DNA of 64,000 nt from Macrostomum hystrix (taxonomy: Eukaryota; Animalia; Platyhelminthes). The stretch covers positions 186,001 to 250,000 of the forward strand of contig CATNEN010000035.1 in the NCBI GenBank assembly GCA_950097015.1, in the 5' to 3' direction. The position numbers were made by a program, and so were the translations under genes. This document shows, piece by piece, positions 13,801 to 28,864 of this stretch. Under the pieces are notes generated by a model, which was not told the DNA's origin, did not search any database, and worked only from the letters and a program-made list of their open reading frames with translations. The stretch's first letter is position 1; each line of letters starts with the position of its first letter.

Positions 13801-16145
13801 AGGCAACATTGCATGCTGACTCTTGTAGCATTTCGCCTGACAGTCTAAGAGACAGAAATGCGACCTTACTGGCCGGCCAAGCTTGTCTCTGCTTAATAAT
13901 ATTTCAGCGGCTTGTCAACCCCTCACTCAACTGCAACACTAACTCTCACCCTACCGCTCTTCCTCTCACCCTACCTCTCTTCCTCTCACCCTACCTCTCT
14001 TCCTCCCACCCTATCTCTCTTCCTCTCACCCTACCTCTCTTCCTCTCACCCTACCTCTCTTCCTCTCACCCTACCGCTCATCCTCTCACCCTACCGCTCA
14101 TCCTCTCACTCTACCTCTCTTCCTCTCACCCTACCTCTCATCCTCCCTCCCTACCGCTCTTCCTCTCACCCTACCTCTCTTCCTCTCACCCTACCTCTCT
14201 TCCTCTCACCCTACCTCTCATCCTCCCTCCCTACCGCTCTTCCTCTCACCCTACCTCTCTTCCTCTCACCCTACCTCTCTTCCTCTCACCCTACCTCTTT
14301 TCCTCTCACCCTACCTCTCTTCCTCTCGCCCTAGCTCTATTTCTCCTGGGTAGTCGCACAACCTTACCTAGCAACTCAGACCAGGACAACCTCTGATCAG
14401 CGCTCCCCGAAGTTGCCGCGGCGGCAACGGCCTCTCTAGTCGGAGTCCAGCTGCCCTGAAAGCTCAGCAGGTAGTTGGCAGTGCCGCAGGCGCAGCATGG
14501 AGCTGCTGGGAACACCTGCTGCGGCGAATTCGGCTGATTTGGCTGGCACAGGAACAGGCTGGCCTTCAGCTGGTTGTTCTCGTCATTCTCCAAGCTGACA
14601 AGGGCGCGAATCTCCACGCACGAAACACCGTCTGAGTAGGGCGCTGTCCAATTGAATCTAATCTCTGGTCGCACCTGACAGGCGATGAGGAGAGGAGAGG
14701 AGAGGAGAGGAGAGCAGAGGAGAGGAGAGGAGAGGACAGGAGAGGAGATGAGAGGAGAGGAGATGAGAGGAGAGGAGATGAGAGGAGAGCAGAGGAGAGC
14801 AGAGGAGAGGAGAGGAGAGGCGAGGAGAGGAGAGGAGAAGAGAGGAGAGGAGAGGAGAGGAGAGGCGAGGAGAGGATATGAGAGGAGAGGAGAGGAGAAG
14901 AGAGGAGAGGAGAGGAGAGGAGAGGAGAGGAGAGGAGAGGAGAGGAGAGGAGAGGAGAGGAGAGAAGAGCAGAGGAGAGGAGAGGAGACGAGAGAAGAGC
15001 AGAGGAGAGGAGAGGAGAGGAGAGGAGAGGAGAGGAGAGGAGAGCAGAGGAGATGAGAGGAGAGGAGAGGAGAGAAGAGCAGAGGAGAGGAGAGGAGAGG
15101 CGAGGAGAGGAGAGGATAGGAGAGGAGAGGAGAGGATAGGAGAGGAGAGGAGAGCAGAGGAGATGAGAGGAGAGCAGAGGAGAGCAGAGGAGAGGAGAGG
15201 AGAGGCGAGGAGAGGAGAGGAGAAGAGAGGAGAGGAGAGGAGAGGAGAGGCGAGGAGAGGATATGAGAGGAGAGGAGAGGAGAAGAGAGGAGAGGAGAGG
15301 AGAGGAGAGGAGAGGAGAGGAGAGGAGAGGAGAGGAGAGGAGAGGAGAGAAGAGCAGAGGAGAGGAGAGGAGACGAGAGAAGAGCAGAGGAGAGGAGAGG
15401 AGAGGAGAGGAGAGGAGAGGAGAGGAGAGCAGAGGAGATGAGAGGAGAGGAGAGGAGAGAAGAGCAGAGGAGAGGAGAGGAGAGGCGAGGAGAGGAGAGG
15501 ATAGGAGAGGAGAGGAGAGGATAGGAGAGGAGAGGAGAGCAGAGGAGATGAGAGGAGAGGAGAGGAGAGGAGAGGAGAGGAGAGCAGAGGAGAGGAGAGG
15601 AGAGGAGAGGAGAGCAGAGGAGATGAGAGGAGAGGAGAGGAGAGGAGAGGAGAGGAGAGGAGAGGACAGGAGAGAAGAGCAGAGGAGAGGGAGGCTGGAC
15701 AGGAGTGTCACATATCACTCACCTGACAGCCCAGACGGCAGTAAAAGGCACGGCAATTCGGGTCCATATCGTCAGCATAATCGGTGTCAGTTGATTTCTG
15801 CAGTCGGCCCAAGTCCGAGTTCTGTCCCTTTACCATCGATGGATAGGGCAGCACTCCCAGGGCGTAGGTTTTGATCCGTTGAGAATTGCGCGACCTAACC
15901 AGCAGTGTGTAGTCCTGCTCGGGTTGGAACCTACGTGTCTGCATTGGGTCAGGCTCCGATGCAGCTTTAACTGCCGACCTGAAGGCCAGCACGACCTCAA
16001 CCTCCGTTGAGGCGATGGTGGCTGGCTTGCGATTCAGAATGCAGTTTCTAGGCGATGTCGACTCTGCGCTGGCATGCCAGCAACGGCAGCAGCAGCAACA
16101 GTACAATATTAGTAGCTGCAATTGACGAAGCCTGCTTCCAAACAT
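10900..16145 (-). CDS. F-spondin-like secreted protein (signal peptide, divergent Reeler domain, Spondin_N domain), ~425 aa
   Basis: Exons 16145-15723, 14674-14368, 11860-11707 and 11293-10900 have GT-AG sites and matching phases (0,1,2); 1278 nt total. Motifs EIRFNWTAP...CVEIRA, CCACGTANYLLSFQGSW, GTSHDDTYALWEFG, HLVTFLSRPVPSPGWCVG...LRLWDAGTD match F-spondin from memory (IQVFWIAP, CCACGTAKYRLTFYGNW, PSPDWNVG, PWDAGTD). The 3' end is uncertain. Confidence 0.88.
11305..11501. repeat. (GAGT)n microsatellite in spondin intron 3
   Basis: Direct reading. It abuts the exon 4 acceptor. Confidence 0.97.
11985..13120. repeat. 33-bp minisatellite CACAGCAACATAACCATAGCAACCTGTTATCTC in spondin intron 2
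   Basis: 33-bp period gives the 11-aa periodic ORFs on both strands. Confidence 0.96.
13940..14330. repeat. 20-bp CT-rich repeat CCTCTCACCCTACCTCTCTT
   Basis: Direct reading. Lies in spondin intron 2 next to the donor. Confidence 0.93.
14686..15692. repeat. (GAGAG)n pentanucleotide array filling spondin intron 1
   Basis: Direct reading. Contains a higher-order duplication of about 385 bp. Confidence 0.97.
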
Positions 16146-16667
16146 TTTCGATTGTATACGAACTGCCCGGGCCAGTTCTTCTTAGAAAACAGATCTGGTA
16201 AAAATGGGGAATTTATTTTATCAGACCAGAACATAGTATGCGATCCGCCCCCCCTCCCCACCAACCTCAAAGTTTCACAATTGGCTGGTTGGCAGTTTGA
16301 AAATAGACGCAAAAAAAATCAATTTTCTTTTTGCTCGCCACGCTTCAGCTGTCTCAGTTTGCCGGAGAGTGGAGAAGCCTCGGCATCTATCAATTCCAGG
16401 CGGTCTTGTGAGCAGGGTTGGTGACGAGCTGGGAGGAAAAAATTAATTTATTCAAATGCTCTTCTCAGCTTTCGGCGGCACTCGCGTTGCTGCAGCAGAC
16501 ATGGCTGAAGAAATAGGATCTGTAGCTTCTTCCACTTGTTTTTGCTGGTCTTCCTATCTCTTTCTTGCAGCTCCGGTCTGCTCGAGTTTTCTTCTAAGGA
16601 AGACCAGTCCAGTAAGAAGACGATAGAGCAGGGAGGAAAATGTGTATGAAAAAGATAAAAGTAGGTA

Positions 16668-18475
16668 AGGTAGAGTAGGATTAAGAAGGTAGAGTAGGGT
16701 TGAGAAGGTAGAGTAGGGTTGAGAAAGTAGAGGTGAGTATAGAAGGTAGAGTAGGGTTGAGATGGTAGAGGTGAGTATAGAAGGTAGAGTAGGGTTGAGA
16801 TGGTAGAGGTGAGTATAGAAGGTAGAGTAGGGTTGAGATGGTAGAGTAAGGTTGAGATGGTAGAGTAGGGTTGAGATGGTAGAGTAGGGTTGAGAAGGTA
16901 GAGGTGAGTAGAGAAGGTAGAGTAGGGTTGAGAAGGTAGAGTAGGGTTGAGAAGTAAGAGTAGGGCAGAAAAAGTAGAGTAGGGTTGAGAAGGTAGAGTA
17001 GGTTTCAGAGGGTACAGTAGAGTTGAGAAGGTAGAGTGGGATTGAGAGGGTAGAGTGGGATTGAGAAGGTAGAGTAGGATTGAGAAGGTAGAGTTAGTTT
17101 TAGAGGGTACAGTAGGGTTGAGATGGTAGAGTAGGTTTGAGAAAAATGGGGAGCAGGGAGGAAAATGTGTATGAAAAAGATAAAAGTAGGTAAGGTAGAG
17201 TAGGATTAAGAAGGTAGAGTAGGGTTGAGAAGGTAGAGGTGAGTATAGAAGGTAGAGTAGGGTTGAGATGGTAGAGTAGGGTTGAGATGGTAGAGTAGGG
17301 TTGAGAAGGTAGAGGTGAGTAGAGAAGGTAGAGTAGGGTTGAGAAGGTAGAGTATGGTTGAGAAGTTAGAGTAGGGCAGAAAAAGTAGAGTAGGTTTCAG
17401 AGGGTACAGTAGAGTTGAGAAGGTAGAGTAGGATTGAGAGGGTACAGTAGAGTTGAGAAGGTAGAGTAGGATTGAGAGGGTAGAGTAGGGTTGAGAAGGT
17501 AGAGGTGAGTAGAGAAGGTAGAGTAGGGTTGAGAAGGTAGAGTAGGGTTGAGAAGTTAGAGTAGGGCAGAAAAAGTAGAGTAGGGTTGAGAAGGTAGAGT
17601 AGGTTTCAGAGGGTACAGTAGAGTTGAGAAGGTAGAGTGGGATTGAGAAGGTAGAGTGGGATTGAGAAGGTAGAGTAGGATTGAGAAGGTAGAGTTAGTT
17701 TTAGAGGGTACAGTAGGGTTGAGATGGTAGAGTAGGTTTGAGAAGGTAGAGTGGGATTGAGAAGGTAGAGTAGGATTGAGAAGGTAGAGTGGGATTGAGA
17801 AGGTAGAGTGGGATTGAGAAGGTAGAGTGGGATTGAGAAGGTAGAGTGGGATTGAGAAGGTAGAGTAGGATTGAGAAGGTAGAGTAGGATTGAGAAGGTA
17901 GAGTGGGATTGAGAAGGTATAGTAGGATTGAGAAAGTAGAGTTAGTTTTAGAGGGTACAGTAGGGTTGAGATGGTAGAGTAGGTTTGAGAAGGTAGAGTG
18001 GGATTGAGAAGGTAGAGTAGGATTGAGAAGGTAGAGTGGGATTGAGAAGGTAGAGTGGGATTGAGAAGGTAGAGTGGGATTGAGAAGGTAGAGTAGGGTT
18101 GAGATGGTAGAGTGGGATTGAGAGGGTAGAGTAGGGTTGAGATGGTAGAGTGGGATTGAGAGGGTAGAGTAGGATTGAGATGGTAGAGTGGGATTGAGAA
18201 GGTAGAGTAGGGTTGAGATGGTAGAGTGGGATTGAGAGGGTAGATTATGGTTGAGTGGGTAGAGTAGGGTTGAGAAGGTAGAGTGGGATTGAGAAGGTAG
18301 AGTAGGGTTGAGATGGTAGAGTGGGATTGAGAGGGTAGAGTAGGATTGAGAAGGTAGAGTTAGTTTCAGAGGGTAGAGTAGGGTTGAGATGGTAGAGTGG
18401 GATTGAGAGGGTAGAGTGGGATTGAGAGGGTAGAGTAGGATTGAGAGGGTAGAGTAGGGTTGAGAAGGTAGAGTT
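16668..18475. repeat. 19-bp purine-rich minisatellite GAAGGTAGAGTAGGGTTGA
   Basis: Period of 19. Includes a 525-bp duplication carrying unique flank (16636 vs 17161). Confidence 0.95.
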
Positions 18476-19650
18476 GGTCAGTGAAATATGTGATTGGTTA
18501 AAAGCGTGTTAATCGAATTTCAAAATCTCTTTCAGCTTCTCTTAAAATATAAAATAAAACACTTTGGTTCCTGGGTGTGCAAATCGGCTTTCCGTTCTGA
18601 AGTAAGGAATGTTCCAAATGTTCCTGATCCCGAATCCCACCACTTAGCTCCTCTGTCCGCGGCTTCTCAGTTTCTGGCTCACAGATGGCCACCCAGCAAC
18701 CAGTAGCAGCCTCCCCTTCCCGTGTTTGTCATGTGGAACTGGCCCAGCTGTGCAAATCCGCATGGAAGGAATCTGTCTCACCAATTCAACTTTTTTCCAA
18801 CTGCCCCGCTGTATCAAATGGTATAAAATGCTCCCGAAGAAGTAGAGGACAAGAGCGCTTTGGCGCAGCAAATACAATTTTCCTCTTTAGTCTATGCAAG
18901 TTTAGCTGAAAATTAAATTTTATGGCTGATGCCCAGATTGACCTACTACTAGTAGGCTAAAAGCGTGTGCGCGCTATTTTTATCTTAATCGATTAGAAAT
19001 TCTTAGAATTGTAGGTCCAGTAGAAATGAATCGGCACTCTTAAAAAAGGCGTTACTTTGAAAAACCTGATGTCCGAGCTACATAAGGGGTTCGTGCTTAA
19101 CGTGGTCAGTATCTAAAATTGGTAGGAAAGGAAATGGTAAAAACACTGTTGGCTCGTACTGTTGGAATAGTCTGAAATCAATTCTCGACTACCCCTACGT
19201 ACTCAAGCGCACACATGATTCCAGCGACTGTACTCGCAAGGATTAAGAACACTGGCTAGCTCTGGGTCTGGAAGTTCGGTATTTCGTGACTAGCGAACTT
19301 GTGAGAGAGGAGAGAGAATCAGGAACCAGAGTATTTGCAAGCTACTGCAATAACATGCATGGCTTCATGTGACACCGAACCCTGGAACTGTTTTGGAAGC
19401 TATGAAAATCGATCGGCTAAAATTGACTTCCGCGGAAGCGAGCGAACGGGGAGAAATTGAGTAGTTTGAGTAGTTTATAACGGCGATATTGGAATTCTAG
19501 TCGCTTTGCAAGGATTTTCGCATTACCTTGGCTGCTTGTTTACTACCAAGCAGATCTTTGTAAACCAGGGCTGTTCTAGAATAGAATTCGTGTGTTTATA
19601 TAAGTCCGTAAGCAATCTTTTTGCTACCTAGTTTTAGTTTACAAGGCGCT

Positions 19651-21551
<1,901 letters not shown>

Positions 21552-21726
21552 CGGAGCTGCAGCTCGTGTCACTTTTCATCCATCATATTTTGCGTCGATA
21601 AATTTCGATGCAACAGCGCTTTGTTATACTTTTTTCTACACTCTTACTGGCGTAATTTTAACGGCACTGCGACCTACCGAGAGCTGCGTTGTGACAATTG
21701 TGGGTTTTTTGTAAGCATCGCATTTG

Positions 21727-23303
21727 CAAGTGTGTTGTGACCATCGTATTTGGAAGTGTGATGTGACCATCGTATTTGGAAGTGTGTTGTGACCATCGTA
21801 TTTGGAAGTGTGATGTGACCATCTTATTTGGAAGTGTGTTGTGACCATCGTATTTGGAAGTGTGCTGTGACCATCGTATTTGGAAGTGTGTTGTGACCAT
21901 CTTATTTGGAAGTGTGTTGTGACCATCGTATTTGGAAGTGTGTTGTGACCATCGTATTTGGAAGTGTGTTGTGATCATCTTATTTGGAAGTGTGTTGTGA
22001 CCATCGTATTTGGAAGTGTGATGTGACCATCTTATTTGGAAGTGTGTTGTGACCATCGTATTTGGAAGTGTGTTGTGACCATCTTATTTGGAAGTGTGTT
22101 GTGACCATCGTATTTGGAATTGTGCTGTGACCATCGTATTTGGAAGTGTGTTGTGACCATCGTATTTGGAAGTGTGTTGTGACCATCGTATTTGGAAGTG
22201 TGATGTGACCATCTTATTTGGAAGTGTGATGTGACCATCTTATTTGGAAGTGTGTTGTGACCATCGTATTTGGAAGTGTGTTGTGACCATCGTATTTGGA
22301 AGTGTGTTGTGACCATCGTATTTGGAAGTGTGTTGTGACCATCGTATTTGGAAGTGTGTTGTGACCATCGTATTTGGAAGTGTGTTGTGACCATCGTATT
22401 TGGAAGTGTGATGTGACCATCGCATTTGGAAGTGTGTTGTGACCATCGTATTTGGAAGTGTGTTGTGACCATCGTATTTGGAAGTGTGTTGTGACCATCG
22501 TATTTGGAAGTGTGATGTGACCATCGCATTTGGAAGTGTGTTGTGACCATCGTATTTGGAAGTGTGTTGTGACCATCGTATTTGGAAGTGTGTTGTGACC
22601 ATCGTATTTGGAAGTGTGTTGTGACCATCGTACTTGGAAGTGTGATGTGACCATCGTATTTGGAAGTGTGTTGTGACCATCGTATTTGGAAGTGTGTTGT
22701 GACCATCGTATTTGGAAGTGTGTTGTGACCATCGTATTTGGAAGTGTGTTGTGACCATCGTATTTGGAAGTGTGTTGTGACCATCGTACTTGGAAGTGTG
22801 ATGTGACCATCGTATTTGGAAGTGTGATGTGACCATCGTATTTGGAAGTGTGTTGTGACCATCGTATTTGGAAGTGTGTTGTGACCATCGTATTTGGAAG
22901 TGTGTTGTGACCATCGTATTTGGAAGTGTGTTGTGACCATCGTATTTGGAAGTGTGTTGTGACCATCGTATTTGGAAGTGTGTTGTGACCATCGTATTTG
23001 GAAGTGTGTTGTGACCATCGTATTTGGAAGTGTGTTGTGACCATCGTATTTGGAAGTGTGTTGTGACCATCGTACTTGGAAGTGTGATGTGACCATCGCA
23101 TTTGGAAGTGTGTTGTGACCATCGTATTTGGAAGTGTGTTGTGACCATCGTATTTGGAAGTGTGTTGTGACCATCGTATTTGGAAGTGTGTTGTGACCAT
23201 CGTATTTGGAAGTGTGTTGTGACCATCGTACTTGGAAGTGTGATGTGACCATCGCATTTGGAAGTGTGTTGTGACCATCGTATTTGGAAGTGTGATGTGA
23301 CCA
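21727..23303. repeat. 26-bp minisatellite GTGACCATCGTATTTGGAAGTGTGTT
   Basis: About 60 highly homogeneous copies. The minus-strand ORFs with 26-aa period equal 3 units. Confidence 0.97.
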
Positions 23304-23924
23304 TGGAACGTGGCTATCTGGAATTGCATCTTTTTTATGGTGTTGCGACCTTAATTCTTGAAACGGTGCGGCAATCATGGTGTTTTGAAGTTTTTTGTGT
23401 ACTCCAGTTTGATTTATTTCAACTGGAGAGTTGCAAAGGCGCAAGTTCAAGATTGTCGCATGCACATATCTGTTTTCCACGCCAGCTGTTGCACCTCAAA
23501 TTATTTTATAAGTTAAAGTACAAGTAACAAATTTTCCTCTTTGTCTGGCTGTCGACTTGCATTAAACTTCTATCCTATTTATACCCTTCATTTTATTTTA
23601 ACCACAGTGGCTTAGCCTTGGCTCAGCTCGCCACAATTAGCTTAGGTGGGTTGGTGATTTCGAGGTTAAGTCGTTAAATTACGAGTAATACTCGTATAGT
23701 TCTTTACTTTGTCTTTACTTTATCTGCTGCTGTTGTCAGTTAATGCCGTAAGTAAGCGGTTTCGGTGGCTTCAACTCTTTAATTGAATTGCTTTTCTTGA
23801 TAAAGAAATAGTTAAGTTTTGCATATCCAGACCCAGTCTCATTCACATTTAACTCGGAAAAATGTTTACTTGAGCAACTAACTAGAGGGCATTAGAGTGC
23901 ATTTTTACGAGGTACAAATGCATT

Positions 23925-24232
23925 AATTTAATTAATTTCAACAAGCGGCAAATCATTGCAAGGATTCCTTTAACAAGCTTGCAAATTAGTGAAATAATTT
24001 CAACAAGCGTGCAAATTAGTGAAATACTTTCAACAAGCGTGCAAATCAGTGAAATAATTTAAACAGGCGTGCAAATCATTGCAAAGATTCCTTCAACAAG
24101 CGTGCAAATCAGTGAAATAATTTCAACAAGCGTGCAAATCAGTGAAATAATTTCAACAAGCGTGCAAATCAGTGAAATAATTTCAACAAGCGTGCAAATC
24201 ATTGCAAGTATTTTTTCAGTAAGTGTGCAAAT
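23925..24232. repeat. ~30-bp repeat TTCAACAAGCGTGCAAATCAGTGAAATAAT
   Basis: About 10 degenerate copies. Confidence 0.88.
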
Positions 24233-24748
24233 CATCGTAGATAATACATTTATTTGTTTAGCAACAGGAATTGATTGAAAGTAAGGAAGCGAGAAAAAAA
24301 TCTGTTTTTTTGAAGTCTGAAAGTCTGAACGACGGCCCAAGAGCAATTTATATTGGCCATAAAAGCATAGTTCATTATGGAGACAGGAAGAGAGACTCTG
24401 TGTCCCGGATATGAAACTCCGTTGCTAGTTGCGAGATTAAAGACAGGGAGGAGAGGCCCTTCTGTTTCAGTTAGGGAAAAAGTGTCGGAACTGGATTCCC
24501 AATTAAATTTATTAATATCCTCCTTAGCAGCGGCGGCCTAGGCTGTCGGCGATGGTCGTACATCTACGCGCGAGCCATTTCGAGGGCGCGGAGTGGTTTC
24601 GAAGTAATGTGAGAGCTTAAAAATAAGGCTAGAAAAAATCGGGCCATAATGCCTACTACTGCTGCTGCTGCTGCTGCTGCTACTACTTTTTACGCTTGCT
24701 TGCACGAAATAAACGCGAGTAAGAGTTCAAAATATAGTCACGCAGACA

Positions 24749-24776
24749 TACAGACTGACTGACAGACAGACCGACT

Positions 24777-24807
<31 letters not shown>

Positions 24808-24897
24808 TGACAGACAGACTGACTGACAGACAGACAGACACACAGACCGACTGACTGACTGACAGACAGACTGACTGACCGACAGAAAGACAGGCTG
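24749..24897. repeat. (GACA/GACT)n microsatellite
   Basis: Direct reading. Confidence 0.95.
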
Positions 24898-25631
24898 ACA
24901 GCTTCTGGCGTTTCGAATTAATAAACTCAAGGACAGGAAATTTCTAAAAACATCCCCCGTATTGAGGAAGACAATTATGCAGCCAGGAGTCCATCAACAT
25001 GGACTCAGGATGGGAAAAAGTGAATGTGGAGGCAGGGCAGGGAAATGGCGACAGCAGATAGAATTGGCGGCATTTTTGTCTGTCTCTTCACCGGTTTTTT
25101 GTTTTTTCCCAACCAGCTGCTTGCAATGCAGGCTAAGCTAGGCGATTCCCACACACTCCGTCAATCGTCTGCAGGTCTGCAGCCGGCGGCAGCTGCTACC
25201 CCACAACCCCCCAGCCTCATCAGCGTCATCATTCTTGTTGGCCAAAAGGCCTGACCCCAAAAATCAGCACTTCCGCACTAAATCTCCCTACCACCATACT
25301 TCCAGCCCGCTTCAACTAGTACTTCCCTGGTCTCTGCGGGGCAGGCCCTGTATCGTCTCTGCTTCGTCCTGCCCTCCCACCTCCCACCCACCAGTCCCAG
25401 GCCAACAGCCTCCTCCTCACGGCCCAGGAAAATCTCTTCCCGTTTGTCTGACTGTTTCTCTCTGCCTCACCCTATCGACTGTGCATAAGCGCATATATAT
25501 GAGAAATATACACAACGGACGTGGCCGAGAAGGACCAGAGCCTGAAACTGACAACATTAAAACAAAATATTAACGGGATCTTCTTCGCGCAAGATCCCAA
25601 GCGAAATAAAAACTGTTCAGCCAGTTTGGCA

Positions 25632-25883
25632 ATGTCCGCGCAGCATCCGCAGCAGCGGAAAGTGTCATTCTGTCATTCGGCCGAGCTGATCTGCACGGAT
25701 CCGGCTGAGAACCAGGTGCTGTTCCAGAGCAGTGTACCGGTGCCGGAAACTGACGAGCTGGTCGACAGCCGGCCGCCGCTGCCTAAGGACGCCGATCTGC
25801 CGACCGCGCACGGAGCAACAGTGTCGAGATCAAAGTCTGGCGACGGCCCGTCGACAACGGAGAAAGGAGAGCGGAAAACTTAG
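25632..25883 (+). CDS. Possible short coding exon, unknown product (MSAQHPQQRKVSF...)
   Basis: GC-rich, non-repetitive open frame after a TTCAG acceptor at 25620. No recognisable domain. Confidence 0.3.
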   Translation: MSAQHPQQRKVSFCHSAELICTDPAENQVLFQSSVPVPETDELVDSRPPLPKDADLPTAHGATVSRSKSGDGPSTTEKGERKT

Positions 25884-26217
25884 AATCCTGTTAGTTTTCT
25901 TGATCGTCACATCTGGATGGGATATTTCTGTCTGACCTTTCCTCAGCTAATGTTTGAACTGCCCAGTTACTCATTGTCTTACTGAACACTGTGGACTGTT
26001 GTCAGTAGCTTTCTTAGTTTTATTTAAAAGTTAATTTTTACAGAAATCTTTATTGTTAATAAAGTAAGTGCATACATAATGCGTAAAGTTTAAAATTGAC
26101 CGTTGTAAATTTGCTTTTTTCTTGTCACTCTTTTTGCTGATTGGCATACAGACAGACTAGTCTATTAGGTGTGACAGACAAACTTTGTAAGATACACTAA
26201 GAGTGAGAGCGTAAATG

Positions 26218-26630
26218 CAGAGTCACAGAGTTAATAGTGAGTGACAGAGGGAATACAGAGTGACAGAGGGAATACTGAGTTGAGTGACAGAGGGAATACA
26301 GAATGACAGAGGGAATACAGAGTGACAGAGGGAATACTGAGTGACAGAAGGAATACTGAGTGACAGAAGGAATACTGAGTGACAGAGCGAATACTGAGTG
26401 ACAGAGGGAATACAGAGTGACAGAGGGAATACAGAGTGACAGAGCGAATACTGAGTGACAGAGAGAATACAGAGTGACAGAGGGAATACAGAGTGACAGA
26501 GGGAATACAGAGTGACAGAGCGAATACTGAGTGACAGAGAGAATACAGAGTGACAGAGGGAATACAGAGTGACAGGGAATACAGAGTGACAGAGGGAATA
26601 CAGAGTGACAGGGAATACAGAGTGACAGAG
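26218..26630. repeat. 19-bp minisatellite GAGTGACAGAGGGAATACA
   Basis: Direct reading. Confidence 0.95.
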
Positions 26631-28117
26631 CATTGGGCACTATTTATAGGCAATTTTCATTTTCGCGATCCCAGTTCATAGACTAGAACACCGACGCACT
26701 TGAAGGAGTAATAAATGAGAAAAATGCTAGTTTACAACCTCAGCGCAAAGTCGTGCAGCGCGAAAACTACACAGCTTCAAATTGTCCCCCGTCTCGCTGA
26801 GTTTCCAATTTTATCTCTCCGGATCCCTCTTAGAAACACAAAATTTATGAGTCTCACTATCTCAAAGATGCACTTTTATGGCTTTACTATTTATCCATCA
26901 TTTATCTGGGATCGTACTTGCGTGTTAGACTCCACAATAGCATAATAAATAAACGAAAGTTGCAATCCACTCATAAATGAGTATATTTAAACTGGCTTGG
27001 GTGAAAATGAATTGCGATAATGTTCTGTACCAAAATTAATGTTTATTGTGCTCTTCAGAAAAGACGACAAGCCTCTATAACTTGACCTGAGTGTACACTT
27101 CTTCCATAGCATCAAATCAATATTGTCTCGTGTTTTATTCTGTATTTTCACGAAGAGGTCCGTTTTCTAATTTGACATTTGTAAGGATAAGTTTAAGGTG
27201 TGTTGGGATAAATGGGACAATTTATTAGTTCGTATATCGGGAAAAACCTGCAGACAAGCTACTGTTGTATAATGACGAATTTCAATTAAACGACAAGAAA
27301 AAATACTCAGCTTATCGCATGAAACAGGAAAAATAACTTCCCTATAAGAGAGGCACAACGAAATTTCAAAATGAGCATGGCGAATACCAAATGAGCAAAC
27401 TGTCTGCGCACTTCCCAGGAGGGGCTAAATTTGCTAGTCTATACTACTAACGGCAAAAAGTGGTGAGTAGATGGCGTGTTTTTATAATGCAAGAGACACT
27501 AGGCTAGCTTGCAATCGATTGGTTTATTTAATAATATGAAATATCGCACCCGTCCCACAAGCCGTCAGTGAGCGGACTCAAAACCCCCACATCAGTTTTC
27601 AGCTGGCAGTGGCACCGCATGAGCACAATGCGCATTTGCTTGCGCGTCTACAGTCCGCCAAGTGTGTGGCTCAGGCAGCCCTCCTATTTGAGCAGCCCGC
27701 ATTTGAGACAAGCTTTCCATGGCCAAAGAAACTGACAATAAGGCAACGAATACGGCAGCAGTTAAACAACTGGAAGTTCAATATTACTCCTGGCAACAGA
27801 AGCTCCTTCTTAGTGAACTATCGGTGGATGAGCACGGCTCATCATGAGGTTGGTTGAAATGCTTTATCCCTAGTTTTCTCTTCCCCTTTCAGCTGATTGA
27901 ACAGTGCTGTCAAAGTGCATGCCTTTTTCAATAGTGTTCGGTTCTAATTTTCATTTCCTCGACAAAATCCTTCGTTATCTGCAGTATTTTAGTACGATTT
28001 TGCTGGAAAAACGTTTCAATAATTAATTCTGACGAGAGACTTCCAATTCTGTATTATTTTAAGTCGTTTTTGGCAAAAAATACCATAATTGATTGGCCAC
28101 CACTTCTTTCGCCAGCA

Positions 28118-28800
28118 CCCTCCGCTCCCTCCACTCACAGCCTCCGCTCCCTCCACTCGCAGCCTCCGCTTCCACTACTCACAGCCTGCGATCCCTCCAC
28201 TCGCAGCCTCCGCTTCCACTTCTCACAGCCTCCGCTCCCTCCACTCGCAGCCTCCGCTCCCTCCACTCGCAGCCTCCGCTTCCACTTCTCACAGCCTCCG
28301 CTCCCTCCACTCGCAGCCTCCGCTCCCTCCACTCACAGCCTCCGCTCCCTCCACTCGCAGCCTCCGCTCCCTCCACTCACAGCCTCCGCTCCCTCCCCCA
28401 GCAACCTCCGCTCCCTCCCCCAGCAACCTCCGCTCCCTCCACTCGCAGCCTCCGCTTCCACTACTCACAGCCTGCGCTCCCTCCACTCGCAGCCTCCGCT
28501 CCCTCCACTCACAGCCTCCGCTCCCTCCACTCGCAGCCTCCGCTCCCTCCACTCGCAGCCTCCGCTCCCTCCCCCAGTAGCCTCCGCTCCCTCCACTCGC
28601 AGCCTCCGCTCCCTCCACTCGCAGCCTCCGCTCCCTCCACTCGCAGCCTCCGCTCCCTCCACTCGCAGCCTCCGCTCCCTCCCCCAGTAGCCTCCGCTCC
28701 CTCCACTCGCAGCCTCCGCTCCATCCACTCGCAGCCTCCGCTCCCTCCACTCGCAGCCTCCGCTCCCTACACTCGCAGCCTCCGCTCTCTCCCCCAGCAG
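28118..28800. repeat. 22-bp minisatellite CGCAGCCTCCGCTCCCTCCACT
   Basis: The 22-aa periodic ORFs equal 3 units. Confidence 0.95.
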
Positions 28801-28864
28801 CCACAGCTCTCTCCACTATTCCTCATTCCGGCAATCTACATCTATATTGCTTCGATTTCCACAG

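Noticed and set aside
21727-23303. CRISPR-like array
   Set aside because: Units are contiguous with no unique spacers, the context is eukaryotic, and there are no cas genes. The same applies to the other arrays.
27609-27857. Upstream exon of the 28865 membrane-protein gene
   Set aside because: No donor of the required phase 2 in an open frame, and no recognisable product.
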